Shown here in pieces: positions 53,421 to 64,000 of a DNA stretch of 64,000 nt (within the stretch, counting starts at the first letter, position 1; each line of letters starts with the position of its first letter). The stretch is from Eledone cirrhosa. Lineage: Eukaryota. The translations under genes were made by a program, and so were the position numbers. Below the pieces are notes generated by a model that was not told the DNA's origin, did not search any database, and saw only the letters and a program-made list of their open reading frames with translations. Where the stretch lies: positions 211,854,001-211,918,000 of the forward strand of contig OZ024743.1 of the NCBI GenBank assembly GCA_964016885.1. Reading direction: 5' to 3'.

Positions 53421-56400
53421 TTTGAAAATCACACCACACACAACCAATGTGTGTCTGCACATGTACCAGTAATTACAGATCGATCCCACCACGGGCGGCC
53501 GGCCCACAATCGAAAAGGTTACTCCGCCTGCAAATCGTCATTTTCGGATTCGTTTTCTTCGAAGCACACCATTCGCCGGCGGACTTCAGCTGCCTCATTT
53601 AGCATGAGCAGTTTTTCTTGAAGATCATACCACACACAGCCAATGAGTGTCTGCACATGTACCAGTAATTACAGATGGATCCCACCACGGGCGGCCGGCC
53701 CACAATCGAAAAGGTTACTCCGCCTGCAAATCGTCATTTTCGGATTCGTTTTCTTCGAAGCACACCATTCGCCGGCGGACTTCAGCTGCCTCATTTAGCA
53801 TGAGCAGTTTTTCTTGAAGATCACACCACACACAGCCAATGAGTGTCTGCACATGTACCAGTAATTACAGATGGATCCCACCACGGGCGGCCGGCCCACA
53901 ATCGAAAAGGTTACTCCGCCTGCAAATCGTCATTTTCGGATTCGTTTTCTTCGAAGCACACCATTCGCCGGCGGACTTCAGCTGCCTCATTTAGCATGGG
54001 CAGTTTTTCTTGAAGATCACACCACACACAGCCAATGAGTGTCTGCACATGTACCAGTAACTACAGATGGATCCCACCACGGGCGGCCGGCCCACAATCG
54101 AAAAGGTTACTCCGCCTGCAAATCGTCATTTTCGGATTCGTTTTCTTCGTAGCACACCATTCGCCGGCGGACTTCAGCTGCCTCATTTAGCATGGGCAGT
54201 TTTTCTTGAAGATCACACCACACACAGCCAATGAGTGTCTGCACATGTACCAGTAATTAGAGATCGATCCGACCACGGGCGGCCGGCCCACGATCGAGAA
54301 AATGGTAACTCCGCCGGCAAATCGTCATTTTTGTGATCCGTTTTCTTCGAAGCACACCATTCGCCGCCGGACTTCAGCTGCCTCATTTAGCATGGGCAGT
54401 TTTTTTTGAAAATCACACCACACACAACCAATGTGTGTCTGCACATGTACCAGTAATTACAGATCGATCCCACCACGGGCGGCCGGCCCACAATCGAAAA
54501 GGTTACTCCGCCTGCAAATCGTCATTTTCGGATTCGTTTTCTTCGAAGCACACCATTCGCCGGCGGACTTCAGCTGCCTCATTTAGCATGGGCAGTTTTT
54601 CTTGAAGATCACACCACACACAGCCAATGAGTGTCTGCACATGTACCAGTAATTAGAGATCGATCCGACCACGGGCGGCCGGCCCACGATCGAGAAAAAG
54701 GTAACTCCGCCGGCAAATCGTCATTTTTGTGATCCGTTTTCTTCGAAGCACACCATTCGCCGCCGGACTTCAGCTGCCTCATTTAGCATGGGCAGTTTTT
54801 TTTGAAAATCACACCACACACAACCAATGTGTGTCTGCACATGTACCAGTAATTACAGATCGATCCGACCACGGGCGGCCGGCCCGCGATTGAAAAGGTA
54901 ACTCCGCCGGCAAATCGTCATTTTTGTGATTCGTTTTCTTCGAAGCACACCATTCGCCGCCGGACTTCAGCTGCCTCATTTAACATGGGCAGTTTTTTTT
55001 TTAAATCACACCACACACAACCAATGTGTTTCTGCACATGTACCAGTAATTACAGATCGATCCCACCACGAGTTCAATGTAAACTAACTTACGCTCAACG
55101 ACTTTGTTGACGTTTAACACGGTTTGGTTCCACAGCCACAACTATTGATTTTAAGGAGATATCTTGCTGAAATTCACGCCACACATAGCCAATGAGTGTC
55201 TGCACATGTACCAGTAATTACAGATCGATCCGACCAGGGGCGGCCGGCCCGCGATTGAAAAGGTAACTCCGCCGGCAAATCGTCATTTTTGGATTCGTTT
55301 TCTTGGAAGCACACCATTCGCCGGCGGACTTTGTTGACGTTTAACACGGTTTGGTTCCACAGCCACAACTATTGATTTTAAGGAGATATCTTGCTGAAAT
55401 TCACGCCACACATAGCCAATGAGTGTCTGCACATGTACCAGTAATTACAGATCGATCCCACCACGGGCGGCCGGCCCACAATCGAAAAGGTTACTCCGCC
55501 TGCAAATCGTCATTTTCGGATTCGTTTTCTTCGAAGCACACCATTCGCCGGCGGACTTCAGCTGCCTCATTTAGCATGAGCAGTTTTTCTTGAAGATCAC
55601 ACCACACACAGCCAATGAGTGTCTGCACATGTACCAGTAATTACAGATGGATCCCACCACGGGCGGCCGGCCCACAATCGAAAAGGTTACTCCGCCTGCA
55701 AATCGTCATTTTCGGATTCGTTTTCTTCGAAGCACACCATTCGCCGGCGGACTTCAGCTGCCTCATTTAGCATGAGCAGTTTTTCTTGAAGATCACACCA
55801 CACACAGCCAATGAGTGTCTGCACATGTACCAGTAATTACAGATGGATCCCACCACGGGCGGCCGGCCCACAATCGAAAAGGTTACTCCGCCTGCAAATC
55901 GTCATTTTCGGATTCGTTTTCTTCGAAGCACACCATTCGCCGGCGGACTTCAGCTGCCTCATTTAGCATGAGCAGTTTTTCTTGAAGATCACACCACACA
56001 CAGCCAATGAGTGTCTGCACATGTACCAGTAATTACAGATGGATCCCACCACGGGCGGCCGGCCCACAATCGAAAAGGTTACTCCGCCTGCAAATCGTCA
56101 TTTTCGGATTCGTTTTCTTCGAAGCACACCATTCGCCGGCGGACTTCAGCTGCCTCATTTAGCATGAGCAGTTTTTCTTGAAGATCACACCACACACAGC
56201 CAATGAGTGTCTGCACATGTACCAGTAATTACAGATGGATCCCACCACGGGCGGCCGGCCCACAATCGAAAAGGTTACTCCGCCTGCAAATCGTCATTTT
56301 CGGATTCGTTTTCTTCGAAGCACACCATTCGCCGGCGGACTTCAGCTGCCTCATTTAGCATGGGCAGTTTTTCTTGAAGATCACACCACACACAGCCAAT

Positions 56401-58988
56401 GAGTGTCTGCACATGTACCAGTAATTAGAGATCGATCCGACCACGGGCGGCCGGCCCACGATCGAGAAAAAGGTAACTCCGCCGGCAAATCGTCATTTTT
56501 GTGATCCGTTTTCTTCGAAGCACACCATTCGCCGCCGGACTTCAGCTGCCTCATTTAGCATGGGCAGTTTTTCTTGAAGATCACACCACACACAGCCAAT
56601 GAGTGTCTGCACATGTACCAGTAATTACAGATGGATCCCTCCACGGGCGGCCGGCCCACAATCGAAAAGGTTACTCCGCCTGCAAATCGTCATTTTCGGA
56701 TTCGTTTTCTTCGAAGCACACCATTCGCCGGCGGACTTCAGCTGCCTCATTTAGCATGAGCAGTTTTTCTTGAAGATCACACCACACACAGCCAATGAGT
56801 GTCTGCACATGTACCAGTAATTACAGATGGATCCCACCACGGGCGGCCGGCCCACAATCGAAAAGGTTACTCCGCCTGCAAATCGTCATTTTCGGATTCG
56901 TTTTCTTCGAAGCACACCATTCGCCGGCGGACTTCAGCTGCCTCATTTAGCATGGGCAGTTTTTCTTGAAGATCACACCACACACAGCCAATGAGTGTCT
57001 GCACATGTACCAGTAATTACAGATGGATCCCACCACGGGCGGCCGGCCCACAATCGAAAAGGTTACTCCGCCTGCAAATCGTCATTTTCGGATTCGTTTT
57101 CTTCGAAGCACACCATTCGCCGGCGGACTTCAGCTGCCTCATTTAGCATGGGCAGTTTTTCTTGAAGATCACACCACACACAGCCAATGAGTGTCTGCAC
57201 ATGTACCAGTAATTAGAGATCGATCCGACCACGGGCGGCCGGCCCACGATCGAGAAAAAGGTAACTCCGCCGGCAAATCGTCATTTTTGTGATCCGTTTT
57301 CTTCGAAGCACACCATTCGCCGCCGGACTTCAGCTGCCTCATTTAGCATGGGCAGTTTTTTTTGAAAATCACACCACACACAACCAATGTGTGTCTGCAC
57401 ATGTACCAGTAATTACAGATCGATCCGACCACGGGCGGCCGGCCCGCGATTGAAAAGGTAACTCCGCCGGCAAATCGTCATTTTTGTGATTCGTTTTCTT
57501 CGAAGCACACCATTCGCCGCCGGACTTCAGCTGCCTCATTTAGCATGGGCAGTTTTTTTTGAAAATCACACCACACACAACCAATGTGTGTCTGCACATG
57601 TACCAGTAATTACAGATCGATCCCACCACGAGTTCAATGTAAACAAACTTACGCTCAACGACTTTGTTGACGTTTAACACGGTTTGGTTCCACAGCCACA
57701 ACTATTGATTTTACGGAGATATCTTGCTGAAATTCACGCCACACATAGCCAATGAGTGTCTGCACATGTATCAGTAATTACAGATCGATCCGACCACGGA
57801 CGGCCGGCCCGCGATTGAAAAGGTAACTCCGCCGGCAAATCGTCATTTTTGGATTCGTTTTCTTCGAAGCACACCATTCGCCGGCGGACTTTGTTGACGT
57901 TTAACACGGTTTGGTTCCACAGCCACAACTATTGATTTTAAGGAGATATCTTGCTGAAATTCACGCCACACATAGCCAATGAGTGTCTGCACATGTACCA
58001 GTAATTACAGATGGATCCCACCACGGGCGACCGGCCCACAATCGAAAAGGTTACTCCGCCTGCAAATCGTCATTTTCGGATTCGTTTTCTTCGAAGCACA
58101 CCATTCGCCGGCGGACTTCAGCTGCCTCATTTAGCATGAGCAGTTTTTCTTGAAGATCACACCTCACACAGCCAATGAGTGTCTGCACATGTACCAGTAA
58201 TTAGAGATCGATCCGACCACGGGCGGCCGGCCCACGATCGAGAAAAAGGTAACTCCGCCGGCAAATCGTCATTTTTGTGATCCGTTTTCTTCGAAGCACA
58301 CCATTCGCCGCCGGACTTCAGCTGCCTCATTTAGCATGGGCAGTTTTTTTTGAAAATCACACCACACACAACCAATGTGTGTCTGCACATGTACCAGTAA
58401 TTACAGATCGATCCCACCACGGGCGGCCGGCCCACAATCGAAAAGGTTACTCCGCCTGCAAATCGTCATTTTCGGATTCGTTTTCTTCGAAGCACACCAT
58501 TCGCCGGCGGACTTCAGCTGCCTCATTTAGCATGAGCAGTTTTTCTTGAAGATCATACCACACACAGCCAATGAGTGTCTGCACATGTACCAGTAATTAC
58601 AGATGGATCCCACCACGGGCGGCCGGCCCACAATCGAAAAGGTTACTCCGCCTGCAAATCGTCATTTTCGGATTCGTTTTCTTCGAAGCACACCATTCGC
58701 CGGCGGACTTCAGCTGCCTCATTTAGCATGAGCAGTTTTTCTTGAAGATCACACCACACACAGCCAATGAGTGTCTGCACATGTACCAGTAATTACAGAT
58801 GGATCCCACCACGGGCGGCCGGCCCACAATCGAAAAGGTTACTCCGCCTGCAAATCGTCATTTTCGGATTCGTTTTCTTCGAAGCACACCATTCGCCGGC
58901 GGACTTCAGCTGCCTCATTTAGCATGGGCAGTTTTTTTTGAAGATCACACCACACACAGCCAATGAGTGTCTGCACATGTACCAGTAA
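49411..58988 (+). repeat. Near-tandem duplication with 4928-bp offset (49411-54060 repeated at 54339-58988)
   Basis: ORF artefacts at 50246/55174, 52558/57486, 52806/57734 and 53349/58277. Marker at 51712/56640. A few single-base differences (50176, 50806, 53234, 58030). Confidence 0.86.
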
Positions 58989-61900
58989 TTAGAGATCGAT
59001 CCGACCACGGGCGGCCGGCCCACGATCGAGAAAAAGGTAACTCCGCCGGCAAATCGTCATTTTTGTGATCCGTTTTCTTCGAAGCACACCATTCGCCGCC
59101 GGACTTCAGCTGCCTCATTTAGCATGGGCAGTTTTTTTTGAAAATCACACCACACACAACCAATGTGTGTCTGCACATGTACCAGTAATTACAGATCGAT
59201 CCGACCACAGCAGCCGGCCCGCGATTGAAAAGGTAACTCCGCCGGCAAATCGTCATTTTTGTGATTCGTTTTCTTCGAAGCACACCATTCGCCGCCGGAC
59301 TTCAGCTGCCTCATTTAGCATGGGCAGTTTTTTTTGAAAATCACACCACACACAACCAATGTGTGTCTGCACATGTACCAGTAATTACAGATGGATCCCA
59401 CCACGGGCGGCCGGCCCACAATCGAAAAGGTTACTCCGCCTGCAAATCGTCATTTTCGGATTCGTTTTCTTCGAAGCACACCATTCGCCGGCGGACTTCA
59501 GCTGCCTCATTTAGCATGGGCAGTTTTTCTTGAAGATCACACCACACACAGCCAATGAGTGTCTGCACATGTACCAGTAATTAGAGATCGATCCGACCAC
59601 GGGCGGCCGGCCCACGATCGTGAAAAAGGTAACTCCGCCGGCAAATCGTCATTTTTGTGATCCGTTTTCTTCGAAGCACACCATTCGCCGCCGGACTTCA
59701 GCTGCCTCATTTAGCATGGGCAGTTTTTTTTGAAAATCACACCACACACAACCAATGTGTGTCTGCACATGTACCAGTAATTACAGATCGATCCCACCAC
59801 GGGCGGCCGGCCCACAATCGAAAAGGTTACTCCGCCTGCAAATCGTCATTTTCGGATTCGTTTTCTTCGAAGCACACCATTCGCCGGCGGACTTCAGCTG
59901 CCTCATTTAGCATGAGCAGTTTTTCTTGAAGATCATACCACACACAGCCAATGAGTGTCTGCACATGTACCAGTAATTACAGATGGATCCCACCACGGGC
60001 GGCCGGCCCACAATCGAAAAGGTTACTCCGCCTGCAAATCGTCATTTTCGGATTCGTTTTCTTCGAAGCACACCATTCGCCGGCGGACTTCAGCTGCCTC
60101 ATTTAGCATGAGCAGTTTTTCTTGAAGATCACACCACACACAGCCAATGAGTGTCTGCACATGTACCAGTAATTACAGATGGATCCCACCACGGGCGGCC
60201 GGCCCACAATCGAAAAGGTTACTCCGCCTGCAAATCGTCATTTTCGGATTCGTTTTCTTCGAAGCACACCATTCGCCGGCGGACTTCAGCTGCCTCATTT
60301 AGCATGGGCAGTTTTTCTTGAAGATCACACCACACACAGCCAATGAGTGTCTGCACATGTACCAGTAACTACAGATGGATCCCACCACGGGCGGCCGGCC
60401 CACAATCGAAAAGGTTACTCCGCCTGCAAATCGTCATTTTCGGATTCGTTTTCTTCGAAGCACACCATTCGCCGGCGGACTTCAGCTGCCTCATTTAGCA
60501 TGGGCAGTCTTTCTTGAAGATCACACCACACACAGCCAATGAGTGTCTGCACATGTACCAGTAATTAGAGATCGATCCGACCACGGGCGGCCGGCCCACG
60601 ATCGAGAAAATGGTAACTCCGCCGGCAAATCGTCATTTTTGTGATCCGTTTTCTTCGAAGCACACCATTCGCCGCCGGACTTCAGCTGCCTCATTTAGCA
60701 TGGGCAGTTTTTTTTGAAAATCACACCACACACAACCAATGTGTGTCTGCACATGTACCAGTAATTACAGATCGATCCCACCACGGGCGGCCGGCCCACA
60801 ATCGAAAAGGTTACTCCGCCTGCAAATCGTCATTTTCGGATTCGTTTTCTTCGAAGCACACCATTCGCCGGCGGACTTCAGCTGCCTCATTTAGCATGGG
60901 CAGTTTTTCTTGAAGATCACACCACACACAGCCAATGAGTGTCTGCACATGTACCAGTAATTAGAGATCGATCCGACCACGGGCGGCCGGCCCACGATCG
61001 AGAAAAAGGTAACTCCGCCGGCAAATCGTCATTTTTGTGATCCGTTTTCTTCGAAGCACACCATTCGCCGCCGGACTTCAGCTGCCTCATTTAGCATGGG
61101 CAGTTTTTTTTGAAAATCACACCACACACAACCAATGTATGTCTGCACATGTACCAGTAATTACAGATCGATCCGACCACGGGCGGCCGGCCCGCGATTG
61201 AAAAGGTAACTCCGCCGGCAAATCGTCATTTTTGTGATTCGTTTTCTTCGAAGCACACCATTCGCCGCCGGACTTCAGCTGCCTCATTTAGCATGGGCAG
61301 TTTTTTTTGAAAATCACACCACACACAACCAATGTGTGTCTGCACATGTACCAGTAATTACAGATCGATCCCACCACGAGTTCAATGTAAACAAACTTAC
61401 GCTCAACGACTTTGTTGACGTTTAACACGGTTTGGTTCCACAGCCACAAATATTGATTTTACGGAGATATCTTGCTGAAATTCACGCCACACATAGCCAA
61501 TGAGTGTCTGCACATGTACCAGTAATTACAGATCGATCTGACCAGGGGCGGCCGGCCCGCGATTGAAAAGGTAACTCCGCCGGCAAATCGTCATTTTTGT
61601 GATTCGTTTTCTTCGAAGCACACCATTCGCCGGCGGACTTTGTTGACGTTTAACACGGTTTGGTTCCACAGCCACAACTATTGATTTTAAGGAGATATCT
61701 TGCTGAAATTCACGCCACACATAGCCAATGAGTGTCTGCACATGTACCAGTAATTACAGATCGATCCGACCACGGACGGCCGGCCCGCGATTGAAAAGGT
61801 AACTCCGCCGGCAAATCGTCATTTTTGGATTCGTTTTCTTCGAAGCACACCATTCGCCGGCGGACTTTGTTGACGTTTAACACGGTTTGGTTCCACAGCC

Positions 61901-64000
61901 ACAACTATTGATTTTACGGAGATATCTTGCTGAAATTCACGCCACACATAGCCAATGAGTGTCTGCACATGTACCAGTAATTACAGATGGATCCCACAAC
62001 GGGCGGCCGGCCCACAATCGAAAAGGTTACTCCGCCTGCAAATCGTCATTTTCGGATTCGTTTTCTTCGAAGCACACCATTCGCCGGCGGACTTCAGCTG
62101 CCTCATTTAGCATGGGCAGTTTTTCTTGAAGATCACACCACACACAGCCAATGAGTGTCTGCACATGTACCAGTAATTACAGATGGATCCCACCACGGGC
62201 GGCCGGCCCACAATCGAAAAGGTTACTCCGCCTGCAAATCGTCATTTTCGGATTCGTTTTCTTCGAAGCACACCATTCGCCGGCGGACTTCAGCTGCCTC
62301 ATTTAGCATGGGCAGTTTTTCTTGAAGATCACACCACACACAGCCAATGAGTGTCTGCACATGTACCAGTAATTAGAGATCGATCCGACCACGGGCGGCC
62401 GGCCCACGATCGAGAAAAAGGTAACTCCGCCGGCAAATCGTCATTTTTGTGATCCGTTTTCTTCGAAGCACACCATTCGCCGCCGGACTTCAGCTGCCTC
62501 ATTTAGCATGGGCAGTTTTTTTTGAAAATCACACCACACACAACCAATGTGTGTCTGCACATGTACCAGTAATTACAGATCGATCCGACCACAGCAGCCG
62601 GCCCGCGATTGAAAAGGTAACTCCGCCGGCAAATCGTCATTTTTGTGATTCGTTTTCTTCGAAGCACACCATTCGCCGCCGGACTTCAGCTGCCTCATTT
62701 AGCATGGGCAGTTTTTTTTGAAAATCACACCACACACAACCAATGTGTGTCTGCACATGTACCAGTAATTACAGATCGATCCCACCACGGGCGGCCGGCC
62801 CACAATCGAAAAGGTTACTCCGCCTGCAAATCGTCATTTTCGGATTCGTTTTCTTCGAAGCACACCATTCGCCGGCGGACTTCAGCTGCCTCATTTAGCA
62901 TGGGCAGTTTTTCTTGAAGATCACACCACACACAGCCAATGAGTGTCTGCACATGTACCAGTAATTAGAGATCGATCCGACCACGGGCGGCCGGCCCACG
63001 ATCGAGAAAAAGGTAACTCCGCCGGCAAATCGTCATTTTTGTGATCCGTTTTCTTCGAAGCACACCATTCGCCGCCGGACTTCAGCTGCCTCATTTAGCA
63101 TGGGCAGTTTTTTTTGAAAATCACACCACACACAACCAATGTGTGTCTGCACATGTACCAGTAATTACAGATCGATCCGACCACGGGCGGCCGGCCCGCG
63201 ATTGAAAAGGTAACTCCGCCGGCAAATCGTCATTTTTGTGATTCGTTTTCTTCGAAGCACACCATTCGCCGCCGGACTTCAGCTGCCTCATTTAACATGG
63301 GCAGTTTTTTTTTTAAATCACACCACACACAACCAATGTGTTTCTGCACATGTACCAGTAATTACAGATCGATCCCACCACGAGTTCAATGTAAACTAAC
63401 TTACGCTCAACGACTTTGTTGACGTTTAACACGGTTTGGTTCCACAGCCACAACTATTGATTTTAAGGAGATATCTTGCTGAAATTCACGCCACGCATAG
63501 CCAATGAGTGTCTGCACATGTACCAGTAATTACAGATCGATCCCACCACGGGCGGCCGGCCCACAATCGAAAAGGTTACTCCGCCTGCAAATCGTCATTT
63601 TCGGATTCGTTTTCTTCGAAGCACACCATTCGCCGGCGGACTTCAGCTGCCTCATTTAGCATGAGCAGTTTTTCTTGAAGATCACACCACACACAGCCAA
63701 TGAGTGTCTGCACATGTACCAGTAATTACAGATGGATCCCACCACGGGCGGCCGGCCCACAATCGAAAAGGTTACTCCGCCTGCAAATCGTCATTTTCGG
63801 ATTCGTTTTCTTCGAAGCACACCATTCGCCGGCGGACTTCAGCTGCCTCATTTAGCATGAGCAGTTTTTCTTGAAGATCACACCACACACAGCCAATGAG
63901 TGTCTGCACATGTACCAGTAATTACAGATGGATCCCACCACGGGCGGCCGGCCCACAATCGAAAAGGTTACTCCGCCTGCAAATCGTCATTTTCGGATTC

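Larger units (their letters stand above)
1..64000. repeat. Complex tandem satellite DNA array, ~197-bp average period, about 325 monomers, single orientation, open at both window edges
   Basis: The core TGTCTGCACATGTACCAGTAATTA recurs every 168-228 bp from the first line to the last, with no unique sequence and no strand switch. Copy number is estimated as 64000/197. Confidence 0.99.

Noticed and set aside
701-62917. Repeated 63-126 aa ORFs (MIRFLRST..., MWLWNQ..., MQTLIG..., MRQLK...)
   Set aside because: They are short, mostly start at GTG, occur on both strands and overlap. Monomer lengths of 196, 197, 200 and 227 are not multiples of three, and no domain is recognisable. They are repeat artefacts, useful only as offset markers.
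1-64000. CRISPR-like arrangement of a constant core with variable intervening sequence
   Set aside because: The intervening segments are a few reused modules, not unique spacers. The period is 168-228 bp and there are no cas genes.
1-64000. Tandem RNA gene array (5S rRNA, tRNA, spliced leader, snRNA)
   Set aside because: I recognise no 5S sequence, cloverleaf, Pol III A/B boxes or spliced-leader exon. An Rfam/Infernal scan would settle it.
1-64000. Assignment to a known satellite of similar size, such as the Trypanosoma cruzi 195-bp satellite, alpha satellite or CEN178
   Set aside because: Only the length is similar. The sequence does not resemble those consensus sequences as I recall them, so a database search is needed.
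1-64000. Transposon insertion or inversion within the array
   Set aside because: I found no non-satellite sequence, terminal repeats, target-site duplications or reverse-strand monomers.

Overview
The whole 64-kb window is one uninterrupted head-to-tail satellite DNA array of roughly 325 monomers, all on the same strand. I see no credible gene, RNA gene, CRISPR array or transposon, and every ORF in the track is a by-product of the repeat. The array is modular. A conserved core C (CCAATGWGTGTCTGCACATGTACCAGTAATTASAGATSGATCCSACCAC) is followed by either a ~90-bp GC-rich segment X or a ~30-bp AT-rich segment W. A shared GACTT hinge comes next, then either a ~50-bp segment Y (hairpin plus T-run) or an ~80-bp segment Z. 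Three monomer classes result: C-X-Y (196/197/200 bp, subtypes called A, D and E here), C-W-Z (168 bp) and C-X-Z (227/228 bp). The fourth combination, C-W-Y (137 bp), was not seen. Monomers follow a recurring order (A..A-E-D-W-XZ..) and are nested into higher-order repeats and near-identical block duplications at offsets of 1470, 2172, 2201, 2392, 3945, 4760, 4928, 12681 and 20851 bp. The best leads are a microhomology/hairpin origin for the chimeric monomer, a CENP-B-box-like motif restricted to one subtype, symmetry-preserving variants, CpG-decay variants, and two SNP-defined domains. The source is probably eukaryotic (peri)centromeric or heterochromatic DNA, but I cannot identify the organism or the satellite family. 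All positions and counts were read by eye.
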